DNA of 61,762 bases, filler included, from Choristocarpus tenellus KU-1152 (Eukaryota > Protista > Phaeophyceae): NCBI GenBank assembly GCA_964200185.2. It is 13 parts of 13 records of this genome, joined end to end, with 100 filler letters (N's around TTAATTAATTAA, not from the genome) between each part and the next. Parts side by side here need not be neighbours in the genome. Positions count along the whole stretch, not along the records: positions 25,452 to 28,579 come from CAXNAD020022122.1; positions 28,680 to 35,376 come from CAXNAD020007542.1; positions 35,477 to 43,382 come from CAXNAD020005417.1; 10 more parts are not named here. The stretch is one strand, 5' to 3'. Below, in pieces: positions 26,749-38,587 of the stretch. Both the position numbers and the translations under genes were made by a program. Position 1 is the first letter of the stretch. Each line of letters opens with the position of its first letter. Below the pieces are notes generated by a model. That model was not told the DNA's origin. It was given only the letters and a program-made list of their open reading frames with translations, and did not search any database.

Positions 26749-27839
26749 GATGACCTTGATGCTATCAAAAGCTTCTGCGATCCTAGGAGTGGGTTTATGG
26801 AGTTAGAGGACTCGGGTCTGCAGGAGGGAGGGGGGTGGGGGGGAAGGGTCTGTGTACCCTGTCCCTCAACCCCCCTGTAGTACGTTGGGGCCAAGTGTCA
26901 TCGCTACCCCTCCCCCCTCATGTCCCCTAATGATTGGAGCATTGCTGTCCCTGCTGCCTCCACCCCGCTGTGTTTGGGTGGTGCATCTCACATGAGCTCT
27001 CCCTCCTCTCTGTTTTTGCAGGTCGTGGGTTTGTGAGGGATTGGGTGGGGGGACGGGAGGGATGGTAGGGTGTCTACCCCCAGGCAAGTGGGGGGTGACT
27101 TTGGAGGTATCTGCCGTGGTTGTTAAGCTGAAGAAAATAATGTGATGCAGGGTGGGGCAAGGGAAGGTAGCGGCTACGGATGAACCAAAATATTCAGGAT
27201 GCAGTTTTGGTGAATGTGGCACCAGGACCTTTTTTTGGTTTGGAGGTGTGGAGAGAGGTGGGGGGAAGGGAGTAGGCAACAGGGATGGAGATTAGGCTCT
27301 ACTGTCACAGGCAATATGTCTTGATGGCGGTTTCATAAATACCATTATGACATTGAAGTTCTAGATTTGACATATTTGTACTTCTTGATTATTTATTTAT
27401 TATTTGGTCATTATGGTCCCCGATTGAAAAAATACATCGTTGATCAGTTCCTTTTTACACGATGATATTGACGATAATCCAAGTGAAAGATCCAGCATAC
27501 TTGACGACTTGTGCATCAGGATTCCTACACGTACATCAGTATCATCCATAGGCCCATAGATTGGAGCTATACTTCCTGTGGAGGTAAGCTTTGTGGGGCG
27601 CCTGTAATACTACCGATTTACTGTGTGTGGGAGGGGGGGGCGAGAGGAAGGGATGGGAGTGGGGAGAGCAGTAAGAAGAGAGGAGTGGGTATCTACTCTC
27701 CACTTGTCAAGGGTTGTGATACCTACAGAGTAGGTGTCCAGGATGTAGTTCTGATCCTCTCCACAAATGCAGGCACATCCATTGGATTGAAGGACTATCT
27801 GGAGGTGATCACATCAAAACCTGGTCCAGTCGCAGTCCA

Positions 27840-28248
27840 CAGGGGAGATCCTCTGCCTTCGTGAGCCCTCGCTGTCCTTGGGAAACCTCCTACTATCATG
27901 CTTTTTTTCACTTTTTAGGCTTATTTTTCACACACAGGTTAGGGTTAGGGTGAGGGTTAGGGTTGGAGTTAGATTCTTGAAAATGTGTGTGAAAAAAAGT
28001 GAACAACAGTAGTGGTGGTACATCCTTCACAGGTCGTGGTTCCCCCATCCCCTCAATACTCCTTCACCACTTCTTCTAGAATGTTTCCTTGGCTAGTTAG
28101 GGATACTTTCCACCTACAAGTTCGGGTTCGGGTTCGGGTTAGAGATAGGGCTAGGTTTTCAGAAATGCGTGCGAAGAAGTGAAAAAAAGATGAAAGTAGG
28201 GGTTCTGTAAGGACTGCGGGGGGTCCCAAAGACAGGGGATCTCCGCTG
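27840..28248. mobile_element. Non-autonomous TIR element containing telomeric-type repeats
   Basis: Imperfect TIRs of about 80 bp (CAGGGGAGATCC... / ...GGATCTCCGCTG), with CA on both flanks. Internal (TTAGGG)n-like array at 27937-27972 and (TTCGGG)n/TTAG array at 28120-28156. Confidence 0.65.
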
Positions 28249-28368
28249 CACACTGTACCGTTCTGAAGAGGGTTTAATGGTGAAAGACAATAATATGGTG
28301 GTCTCACTAACATCGGTGAGGGACAAGAAAGGTAGGTGTGTGGGAGATCACCTGTGTCCAAGAAAGGA

Positions 28369-28554
28369 TTACTAACTTTAAACAGCCGATTTCAAAAATT
28401 GAGGATGGATCTTTTCATTGAGGATGGGCTTGACCCAAAACCACACATTAAAAAAAATAATCATATCGACACTTTATCCCAGTCAATTTTCGGTCAAGCC
28501 CATCCTCAATGAAAAGCTCCATCATCAATTTTTGAAATCGGCTGTTTTTAGTAA
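28369..28554. mobile_element. Short foldback/MITE with about 60-bp near-perfect inverted repeats
   Basis: AAACAGCCGATTTCAAAAATTGAGGATGGA...GGGCTTGACC pairs with GGTCAAGCCC...TTTGAAATCGGCTGTTT. Confidence 0.8.
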
Positions 28555-28679
28555 TAATTGTGATATTAGTTGATGGAATNNNNNNNNNNNNNNNNNNNNN
28601 NNNNNNNNNNNNNNNNNNNNNNNTTAATTAATTAANNNNNNNNNNNNNNNNNNNNNNNNNNNNNNNNNNNNNNNNNNNN

Positions 28680-28752
28680 ATAGCATCGTTTTAAGGTCGT
28701 TGGATTTGAGTTGTACATCCTGGAAGGTGAGCATTGAGGGGCGCCTGTAACA
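28680..28752 (+). mobile_element. LTR 3'-terminal fragment (family of 26212-26748)
   Basis: TTTAAGGTCGTTGGATT...CCTGTAACA matches 26685-26748. Confidence 0.75.
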
Positions 28753-30244
28753 GATGGTTTGAATTTCGTTTTGTGCAAACTGATTTTCATAATAAATTTT
28801 CTTATCGTGGATAGACAAAAGGTTATGTTGTACTACTGTGAAGATGATGTCAACATATTATATTTTACTAATAGTAAAATAGTTATAAAGAGGTTTGTTG
28901 CCACTATGAAACAGTCGTAACTAGTTTTTATTGTGTAGGAACTACTTCTTCCTTATCAAGATCTGACTTGAGTCGCATACGTCACATCAAATTGGTTAGT
29001 TTTAATGTCAGCGAATTTTCTAAATTCTGGGAATTAATTACGTACTATTACAGATCTATTATAACAACAGTATCAACCAATAATGCATTGTTGTTAGGTA
29101 ATGTCATAGCTAACTCCCCTCTGGCAAACATGGGTGCTTTGCTGGACCTCGATTGCTGGGAACACGTCTTGTCACATTTTAGGAACCCTTACACACATTT
29201 TACATTCTCTGCATCGTGTGATACGATACACTCCTCCAAGTCAAACAACCATACCAAATATCAGATGCTGAGCCAATGAACCAACAATAAACCGCCGAAA
29301 TATAAACAGTCTGTCTTCACGAGTCACGAGGCAGCTATGACTCAGCAGCGCTTATCGTTTTTTCTTAAAAAACATTATTTGGTAGTGTGAAATGGGGTGC
29401 ACCAATTCAAAGACAGTCCATCTGGTCAAGGAGCTCACTCACTTCTTGGACAATACTCCTGATCTGAGAGGATACCTGCCACTTTGCACACGGGATAATG
29501 CTTCTTCTGCAACCTCTACTTCAAGAAGTGCACGGATTGAGTGTTTGTGCATTTCACCACAACTTATCGGCAAGCCGTTAAGCCTTCCTTAAGTCCTTAC
29601 CTGGATGTAGTAGAGGTAGCCATGAGGTATTGGGATTACATGAAGACTAGGGCCGCTGCCAACGTGGACAGTAGAGTATGGGAAAGTTCGTCTGTGCAAA
29701 TGAAGTTGCCTGGTGTGCATAATAAGGGACTTGGCCTATGTGCGAAATGGGAGTGTGACAGTGGGCTATAATTAAATTTTGACCAGGATGAACTGTCGGC
29801 ATTAAAAAAGATTGCCTATTGTTTCGATGTGTCGAAAAGCGGTCAAGCAAGGACAATAGACAAGGCAAAATATCACTAGTAGTTAGTCAAGGGCCAAAGT
29901 ACCTGTCAACTTACATCTTTGATACAGAATTGTGGGAATAATAGTATACTGAATTATATAGTAGTATTAATATTAATTGCAAATGTTGTAGTTGTGCACA
30001 GTTTATATCGTGTGTCCCATGATACTACTGAATTGATACTACAAAGTCAAAAAGTCACAAACCTGTTTTCATTTTGTATGTAAGATGGATTCCTGAAGAT
30101 ATATGGAATACACTTTGTCCAACAGACAACATTTTCTTTCTTACAAAAATTAGTTTATATGAATAGCATTATTCTGTGGCTGTGGCGGTGTGTTTCACTC
30201 AAGCAAGGGTGGTGAAGAGAATGGCAACTTTGTCCCACTTAGTG

Positions 30245-30570
30245 GTTTGCTGGTTTACATGGATGATCTGGTTGCTTGTTCTCCTACATAGGAAGGACAT
30301 TTGCACTTACTAGGGCAGTAGTTCAAACCTTTGCAAGCAGCAGGTTTAACCTTGAAACTGTCAAAGATCCTATTTGGACCTAGATAAATATGTTTTCCGG
30401 GTCACGTTTTGTCGTCTAAAGGGATTCGTATCGGTGAAGACCAGGTTCGTGCCATCACTGAATGACCTAAGACCACCACTATCAAAGAACATTGTTATGT
30501 CCTAGGTATGGTAAATATTGTGCCTAAGTTATACCCAACCTAGCCACAGCCATCGAACCATTAGTTGAAA
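30245..30570 (+). pseudogene. Ty3/Gypsy reverse transcriptase remnant
   Basis: LLVYMDDLVACSPT*EGHL..LQAAGLTLKLSKILFG..FPGHVLSSKGIRIGEDQVRAITE*P..LGMVN; YMDD at 30256-30267, with multiple stops. Confidence 0.85.
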
Positions 30571-32284
30571 TACATGGTACATCACTTGCTGTGTCAATGG
30601 TTAAGTCATCTTCTTCTTGCTCTTCAATTATGCCAGATACAGGAGCCCTTTGTTATGAAAATGATGGAGGTTTTGGGGTAGATGGGTATCTTTACAAAGA
30701 ACTAATTGACCAAGTTCGATTACTATGGTACGACCTTGGTTGAACTAAGGTCAAAGAAAAATGCTTAGTGACTGGCCAACAGAGAATAAACGATGCCTAA
30801 GGAGCAGGCAGTGTGATTTTCGTCAACCTCTGACATTTGCTACTCCCTACAATGGTGTCGACCACATCATGCTCATTCCCAAATGGACAAAAGTCAAATC
30901 CATATGAGCACCCCCAGGGACGAGGAGAATAGTGACACCAGCAACTGGCTGTCTATCCTCATGACCACGACGTCCACGACCTCTTCCTCTAAGATATTGG
31001 AACGGCCTACAAGTACTATCTAGGTTGTCTAGGCACGACTAGGTCAAGTGACCATCACGAGTCGTTGCCTGGCAACCAGGGTACTGGCACATACTACTTT
31101 GTGACATACTCTACTATACATCAACATGATGATAGGGCGTAGTCAGAGACTCTGCATGATGAGGTAGATCGAGGGGTCGTGATATTGAACAGTCAGTTGA
31201 ATGGGTTGTCACAGGTGGACACACCTACGACCGAGCTGAGGACCTGGTCAGGGTTGCTTCCCCTGTTCGGTGGCGCTCCACTTCTGAATGGAGACTTTTT
31301 TTCTCTCGTTGGAGTTGGACAAAGTCTGAACAAGGAACATGATCAGCAGAGTATCCAAGGGCCTGGAGCTTCAAGAGATCCTGAAACCATTCAGGCAGCA
31401 CGGCATTTATTCTTGCACACTCATTGGTGTGGTGCGCAATTAATGTAGGGATTACATTGCCGAACTGGGACTGTGAAGTGCCCACCTCATGAACAGTTGA
31501 ACGCGGTGAGGAAACAGGACTGTCCTGAAAAAGGACATAACAAGTGTCATTGTCGCCCGAGCTGACACGATGCTCAAGGGTCGATGACATTCTTCCCACA
31601 CAACCACAACGATCTGTTGGGGGAGAAAGGGGAAAACCTCGTCTAAGACTCATATTCCTTGCGTTTTTGGAAAACGTTGAGGAGTGACTAGATGAGTTGG
31701 AGTCGGGGTCATTGTTTGTTGATGACTTTGTGCCTTTGTACTGACTCTCTTTCGTCAGCTTTTTGTTCCTCTTCTTCTCTTGCTTCCTTGAAATGTTCAG
31801 CCTGGTGCTCCTGTTGAGGAAGTCTTCTTCTGGATTTAGCGTTCGGCATGTTTGGTCAGTGATCAAACAAAAAATTTAACTCGTCACCTAATGTCTGAAT
31901 TCACTGGTATCGCCAAAATATTAATTGTATTATTCTGTGGCGGCATGGATCACACAGGCAAGGGTCGTGAAGGGAATGAACGAGCAAGATGGACCAATCG
32001 GATCAAGACAAACTGTACCCAAAAGGACAAGCCATAAAATTGTGAAGAACTGGGAATCTCATGACGGGAGGGATCATGAAAAAAACAAGAAAGTAAAAGA
32101 ATACTTGATTTTTGACATCTCTGATTGGAGAGATTTGCATTACCTGTGGGATTGGTTTCTTGCTCAAGATTCCTCACCTCAATTATTCAAAAGATCCTCC
32201 ACACTTCCGACAACTATTACTTTTATAAGGGTCCTCGTTATACGGAGTATTGATTTTACTTTTTCCCTGATACATGTGGAAAAT

Positions 32285-32542
32285 GAGTCAGAGTATCTTA
32301 GGAGGTAGAGCCGCGCCCAGTTGGGGACCAAAATCCAATCTTGCACTTTTGATGTCATTTTGACTATCATGTTTGTTAGGAGATGTCAATATCCTTGCCT
32401 GGACACTCCTTTTCATAACCTACACATTTTACCTACTCAGAAACATTTTGGAGTGAGTAAAATGTAATTAAAAACCCGTGGGAAGCCAAGCCCCACATGG
32501 ACAAACAGGGCAAAATTCGTACCCTCTAAGGTACTTTCACTC
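32285..32542 (+). mobile_element. MITE family A, complete copy (258 bp) with 4-bp TSD AAAT, nested in a CRE-like 3' relic
   Basis: About 23-bp TIRs GAGTCAGAGTATCTTAGGAGGTA / TACCCTCTAAGGTACTTTCACTC. Removing the element and one AAAT restores CCCTGATACATGTGGAAAATGTTAGAGGGGATAATAAT. Confidence 0.9.
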
Positions 32543-32569
32543 AAATGTTAGAGGGGATAATAATATTAG

Positions 32570-33138
32570 ATGTGAAAAACCCTAATCCATTTGTTACTTC
32601 ACCACCATCTATATTGTACTACTGCCCTCCTGTGCCTCCAATCTACCTATACCTGTGCCCCGGGAGGAGCTAGGGAGGCATCCCAAGAATCAAGTAAACC
32701 TCTCCGTGCCCATCTCTCTGGTGATTCTAGTTTAAATCGCATGACACGTATAGACAGTTCCACTTGCGTAGTTACCGAGACAATTTGGCGTAGCTGGGAT
32801 TTGACTACTCCTTTCCTGCTATATCCTCCAGTTCCTCTCGCCCCTACCATGTGAGTAGCCAGTTCATCCTGGAAGCCTTCCGCTTGCTTGCCAAGGTGCC
32901 CGAAACTTTCCACCACAAAGGTGTTGAGGTTATAACTACGAGGGCCAAAAGAGCCCTCGTAGTGGGTGCGCCGTCGCGCCTCGGCTGTAGCAGCAGCAGC
33001 TACACCATTACAGGTGGATGAGTGGGTAAGTTGGGAGGTTGCCTGTACCTCTGTGAAGATGACATCTAGCAGACGGCCTTTGTCCCTGTAGGGGGCTGTT
33101 CCGGTATCCGCTAGTGCCCCTGCATGGAACACCAGATT
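32570..33138 (-). mobile_element. CRE-like non-LTR retrotransposon 3' part (restriction-like endonuclease domain + 3' UTR), copy A
   Basis: LLDV...AAATAEARRRTHY...FVVESFGHLGKQAEGF..LA...LRQIVSVTTQ is typical of the RLE C-terminus of early-branching non-LTR elements. Paralogous to copy B. Confidence 0.8.
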
Positions 33139-33295
33139 AATATATTGGAAGGCCCTCTACTGGAATTAGAGATTCTTGACAAGGAACCTCAATCGGTGTA
33201 ACGGCATATATCATATGGCAATAACGGTATGATAACAGAAAACCTTCTTTACAAAAGATGGTAGCTCCTTCCCGTAAATATCAACCTTGATCTTC

Positions 33296-33763
33296 TGTTA
33301 CAGCATGCCCCCGAACTCACCTCCACAGGATGTGTAATTCAAATCCAGTGACCTTAAAACGACGCTACGCGGGGGTTCACAGATGATGATGACCACGTAT
33401 GGTGTGAGTTGATGCTTAGCTCAGTCAATGTCTCACTTTTCGCTTTATCAAAAGAGGGTAAGAATCAAAAGGACTGAGTCGTGTGGTCAACAACACAGCC
33501 TTTTATTAACATCATTCACCGTTCTTCTACAGCCAAAGAGTTAAATGAAGTCTGCAAACTGCTGTGTAAATACTCCAATCATAAATCTTTATATTGCAAC
33601 TTTCAGAATTGACATCTCTTCTGTAAGATTACGTATGCATTTCGAATCTTAATCTGCATCTTCTATCAATTCGGAATTCCTCTTCTATGAATTCTTACGT
33701 ATGTATACTGTTCGCGCATTTTGGCACGCAGAAAGAAAATATTCGCGCTATTCGCCTGTAACA
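33296..33763 (-). mobile_element. Solo LTR (468 bp), same family as 26212-26748
   Basis: TGTTACAG...CTGTAACA termini. Flanks CTTC/CGTC are a 3/4 match to a 4-bp TSD. Collinear similarity to the 26212 copy on the opposite strand. Confidence 0.82.
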
Positions 33764-34347
33764 CGTCTCCCTTTCGAGTTCTTCCTGGTCGTTTTCCTCC
33801 CTTCCTCGTCGCAGTGACCTCCATCATGGTGAAGGCTTGCTCGACTTTGCCCTCCACCTCTGCTCTCACTTCCCTCAATTTGATCTCCATCTTGACTCGT
33901 TTTTTTTTTGCCATGGTCTCAGCACCAGCAGTCGCCCGCTTTGCTTCAAGTACAGCAGGTGCAATAGTGGCAGAACTCTCCTCTGTCATCTGTCTAGAAT
34001 ATTGAGCCACGTTGCCTTGCCTGCGCTGGTTATACTATGCTTGCCCTTACAGGCTTCGTTATTATTTTTAGCCATCTGGGATCTCTTCCGTGCACCGCCT
34101 TATGGTTGCTACACATCTTCCTGGAGTTGCCCATTTTCATTGCCACTTGCTTCAGCAACTACACAGACGATTGAGGTGGGGTTTGTTGCAACAGAGGCCT
34201 TGAAGATCCCTCTACACAATAGATGGAGATCATTTTTGACAAATTTCGTATTTCATGATGTATAAAGGAAGCACATCGAAAATAGTATTTAAAGATCCCC
34301 ACGATAATATATAGGAAACCAAAGTATAAGAACACTAGCCCTTCTGT

Positions 34348-35275
34348 ATTTTTATTATTATGTCCTCTGACATTTTCCAGATGTGCAGGGGAAAAACTAA
34401 TGCAAACTATGAACATGTCAGAAAAATCACAAAAGAAGTAACAAATGTGAAAAACATGAATCTATTTGCTATTTTACCACCATCTATGTTGTATCATTGC
34501 CTTCCTGTGTCTCTAACCTACCTATTTCCTGCACCCCAGGTTAAGAGGAGCTAGGGAAGCATCCCAAGAATCTAATAAGCCCCTCCTTGTCCATCTCTCT
34601 CGTGACTTCAGCTTAAAATGTATAACGTCTATACAGGGCGACCTATATTGTTACTGAGACTATTTGTCGTAGGCGGGATTTGATCGCCCTTTTCCTGCCA
34701 TAACCTCCAGTTCCTCTCCCCCCTACCTACCGCATGCGTAGTTAGCTCATCCAGGAAACGTTCCGCTTGCTTGCTGAGGCGCCCAAAAATTTCCACTGTG
34801 AAGGTGTTGAGGTTATAACTACTACGAGGTTCAAAAGAGCCCTCGTAGTTGATGCGCTTTTGCACCTCAGCTGCAGCAGCAGCTATACCGTTGCTGGTGT
34901 TGGATGAGTGTTGAAGGTGAGGTTGCCTGCACTTCTACAAACATAACATTTAGCAGGAGGCCTTTGTCCCGGTAGGGGACTGATCCTGCATCTGTGAGTG
35001 CCCCTGCATAGAAGACTAGATCCATTCGGAAATTACTGTCTACAGTGAAGGGGCTAGCATCCTCTGTACTGCAATGGATGCCCATCCCCTTACATAGTTG
35101 ACTGAGACATTTCACCATAATAATAGGGGTGTGTTGTCACACCTGGCCTCCTGCCCTGGGGCAGGTTCTGGCATGTCTGGTGCCAACATTTTGCCTCCTG
35201 CACCCACTCACTGGGCACCTGTTTGACAGGGCCTCTTCCCTCCCTTAGGATCTGCTGGCGGTGAGTTTGAACTCT
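34348..35275 (-). mobile_element. CRE-like non-LTR retrotransposon 3' part (CCHC knuckle + RLE + 3' UTR, stem-loop and tail), copy B
   Basis: CPVSGCRRQNVGTRHARTC..V*QH (C-x4-C-x8-H-x3-C), RMDLVF, LLLNV, FTVEIFGRL. Frameshifted. Ends ...CATCTGGAAAATGTCAGAGGACATAATAATAAAAA. Confidence 0.85.
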
Positions 35276-35476
35276 GCGGGGGGGGGGGGGGCTGTATCGT
35301 AGACTCTACGAAAAGCCCAATACCAACCATTATTCTCTCATCGTCATGGACGTCGGAAAAAGGCTTCTAGTAGTAANNNNNNNNNNNNNNNNNNNNNNNN
35401 NNNNNNNNNNNNNNNNNNNNTTAATTAATTAANNNNNNNNNNNNNNNNNNNNNNNNNNNNNNNNNNNNNNNNNNNN

Positions 35477-35655
35477 AAAGGGTGGGGGGGGGGGGGGGGG
35501 GGGGTCTACACCAGGGTACCCATTTGGCCCAAAGTCAGGAAAAGAGCATTTACATTATCTATCCGACGTATGCAACCAAATCTCCCAAACATCGCAATAT
35601 GAAAAAATTGACCCCAAAGGGACAACCGCCACCCCCCCTCCAGATACTTTGAGCC
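35477..35655 (-). mobile_element. MITE family B copy
   Basis: Reverse-oriented match to 53861-54039; ends CAGATACTTTGAGCC. Confidence 0.8.
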
Positions 35656-35736
35656 CTCATTAGAATGCTATAAACGCAACAAACTCCGGGCTGACGAGGA
35701 GGGAGGGTTCATATTCTTTTGCTAACTGTCCATGTT

Positions 35737-36005
35737 GAGTCAACTTATCTTAGAGGGTAGAGCCGTGTCCGTTTGGGGACCAAAATCCAATGTTGTGATT
35801 TTGGTACAATTTTGGCTATTTGTATTTTCTGGAAAGTATCAATACCCCTGTTCCGGACACACCTTTTCACAGCATATACATTTTACCTACTCCGAAACAT
35901 TTTCGAGTCGGAAAATATCATTAAAAAACCCCGTGGGAAGTCAAAAGGGTATACCCCTAACGGACAAACAGGGCAAAACTCGTACCCTCTAAGATTCTTT
36001 CACTC
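35737..36005 (+). mobile_element. MITE family A, complete copy
   Basis: GAGTCAACTTATCTTAGAGGGTA ... TACCCTCTAAGATTCTTTCACTC with the internal hairpin. TSD not clearly preserved. Confidence 0.85.
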
Positions 36006-36553
36006 GGTGCAGAAACACCGTCTGACGAAGTGCAAATTATTCAATCATGCAAAACTTCTTCCAAGAATTTTCTGTTGATTAGCTCGCCAGAGTTTAGAAT
36101 CAAGGTGGTGACTGAGGATGTGCTTTCCCTCTTACAGAAATGTCATGGTGTTCAAGTCACAAAGCCTATCTCACAGTTTTATTAACATTGTTTCCAAGGA
36201 AGGGCGGAAGGGGAAGGGGGTACCTGTTGACATTGCATTACACAAGACTCAAAGTTACATCAATTTTATGTGATGAGCATTACTGTGAACATCACTGTGA
36301 ATTGACGTTTTGTATCCCATACCGAAATAATTTCTTCATTGCTTGAGCCTGCAGTTGAGCCTCTTGCATTTATCCGAAATGTACAATAAAGGGATTGCTA
36401 AAAATCTACAGATATGTAACAGTCAATTGAATGAGATAGACCAGGAGAAGTGGAAATTCTAAGACTGGCTCATACGGACCACCTCCTATCTCTCTCCTTT
36501 CTGAATTTCCCTGGCCCCACACCCCCACATCATATATTTTTATGATCACGGAC

Positions 36554-38397
36554 CTCACCCAGTCGTTGACTCCTCTTTTGAGCGTTGTCTGCCTCTGCCA
36601 ACGCAGTGTCCTTCCTGTCACTTGCCTCTAGAAGACGATCTGCAAATTTGGTCTCCATGGCATGTTTGGTGCTCAGGGCATGCTGTTCTGCCTCTCGCTC
36701 TAAACGTGCAGTGCACCTATCAGATATCCAACATTTTCAGATGTGGGGTTTGGTTTGTGATCACAACTATTTTTGGATCTGGGGGAGTAGAAGTACTAAT
36801 ACAGATAGTTTTGAGGATATCCACAACAGGATATACACAACAGAACAGAGACCTACTATGGAGTTGGCAGTCACAAACTTGTCTTGTTTGTGAGTCTATC
36901 GAATTGATTTATTTATAACGAATAGTTTAATATCTCTGAATCTATTGAACATCGTGCTTGTACCTTGTTATCTCTCTCTGTGCTGCTGTTGAGGTCTCCT
37001 CTCGGAGATTGTCCTTCCATAGCTGCTGCGCCTGAGCAAGGGGTTCAGGGGGTTCACTAACACAAGAGGGAGAAAGCACAAAAGTCAGCTTCAAAAACAT
37101 GAACTCCCTGAGGAAACCTCGCTACTATGAACAAGCAACAAAATTTTGAGTGTGATATCAACTTGTTTTGTTACCTTCTCACTACTGAAATGAGAAAGTT
37201 CTTGAATTGGCGATGGATATATAGATATTACGGGTCTATTTCCTACAGAAAAGTGGAAGGTAATCGAATATTGAGAGCATAAGTCACTCGAGCTTCATTA
37301 CCCTGCGACACCCCTTTATCCTCTAGGTGTGTGAAACTTGTTTCAAAGGCAAAAAAACCCTTCAAAACAAAGGATTGGTGCACCAATGGAACATATTGTC
37401 ATACTCTAGTTCATTCTGAAAATATACTGAGCACTGACTATACTTCATGAGGATCATCGGGGGTATGTCCTGTGGGTGCCAGTGCTTTGACAACTAAGTC
37501 GTGACCAATGAAAGTGCTCATACCAGTGGACGAGACGGCAAAGTAATGAAGGACTTGATCCTTTGATATTCCGATTTGTTACCTCCTTCATGGCTCTTAG
37601 CTGTGCTTCTGCTGCCCTTTTCTCCTCTCCCAATGATACAGAGCTTCTCTCTCGCTCCTCCTCCAACTGTTTAGTTAGCTGGGTTAGCTGCCGTGTCTTG
37701 TCTCTTTCCCATGACTGACGTGCCGCACCCAGTCGAGACAGCTCCTGCTCATGGACCTCCCAAATCACATGTGCATGCTCAGACCACTGAAATCAGAAGT
37801 AGTGCATCAGTCGAGGTCAGATATAATACGTTATATAGTGTGCAAGGTCGGGTGACGCGGTCGCATGTTGTTCTAGGGAAGGTCGGCGCTGTTTTACCAT
37901 CGTCAAAGTATGAACGGCTGTAGAGCTCACTCATTCGTCGTACTCGCGACGAGTATTCGCAGACCTCTCTAAATAGCTTCCCTGTTGCATCCACCCACGC
38001 TCGCCGTTTTCTTTGCAGTCTTCTGACTTCCTCCTCCAGCTGCTTTTCTCTGGGTAAAAGGAAGGAGGGTTTGGTAAGGATACTGCATCAAACTATGCTT
38101 CGATCTGCTCTACAGAGACAAACGAATACCATACGCGAGAAAATCCTCTTCTTCAATGCAAGTAGTGAGCAATATCTCTGTATCTCACCGCCCAGGTTTA
38201 AGACCAGCTGTTCGAATGCTAAAAACAAGGGCACTCTCGAGGGATTCAATCTCTTCACACGATGGTGGTTTTCCAGGCGGAGGGGGCAACCCAGCCATCC
38301 CAGGATCCTCTTGTCGCAGTCCCTTTGCCCTACGGCTATCTCGCTCCTGCTGAACCCAAGCCCTCGATTTGGAAGTAGCGCCAGTCGTATGGATCAT
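36554..38397 (-). CDS. Coiled-coil protein of unknown function, 3'-partial (exons 38397-38189, 38049-37965, 37786-37583, 37031-36964, 36716-36554)
   Basis: Five exons with phase-compatible GT-AG junctions give a continuous E/R/Q/K/A-rich helical sequence (EKQLEEEVRRLQRK..., LTQLTKQLEEERER..., ARLEREAEQHAL...). The exon 2 and exon 5 donors and the start ATG are best guesses. Confidence 0.75.
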
Positions 38398-38587
38398 CGT
38401 TATAGGTTGTGGTGGGAGCCTGGAGCCGTCTTTACCGGTAGATGGTGTTCTCAACCATCAACATATGCGACTTTGTGTGGTTGACAGATCTTATATACGG
38501 TTTCAGTGCCTAACGCCATCCAAGGTGATTCGTTTGAATAAGAATTCGGAAATATAAAGAATCAGTACATCTACAACCAACCTTCCG
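38398..38587. promoter_or_regulatory. Putative bidirectional promoter (coiled-coil gene / Costars)
   Basis: 190 bp between divergent ATGs, with TATAAA at about 38553. Confidence 0.5.

Noticed and set aside
25890-27840. Possible non-LTR RT fragments (GFANDL resembling YADD) around the solo LTR
   Set aside because: A single weak motif, too decayed to call.
27937-27972. True telomere
   Set aside because: Only a few degenerate TTAGGG units, internal to a contig and inside a TIR element.
28753-28775. TGG-starting PBS after the LTR end at 28752
   Set aside because: I could not match it to a tRNA 3' end, and no gag ORF follows.
31225-31866. 213-aa minus-strand ORF
   Set aside because: No recognisable domain or splice structure. 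It lies among retroelement debris and is possibly decayed gag-like sequence.
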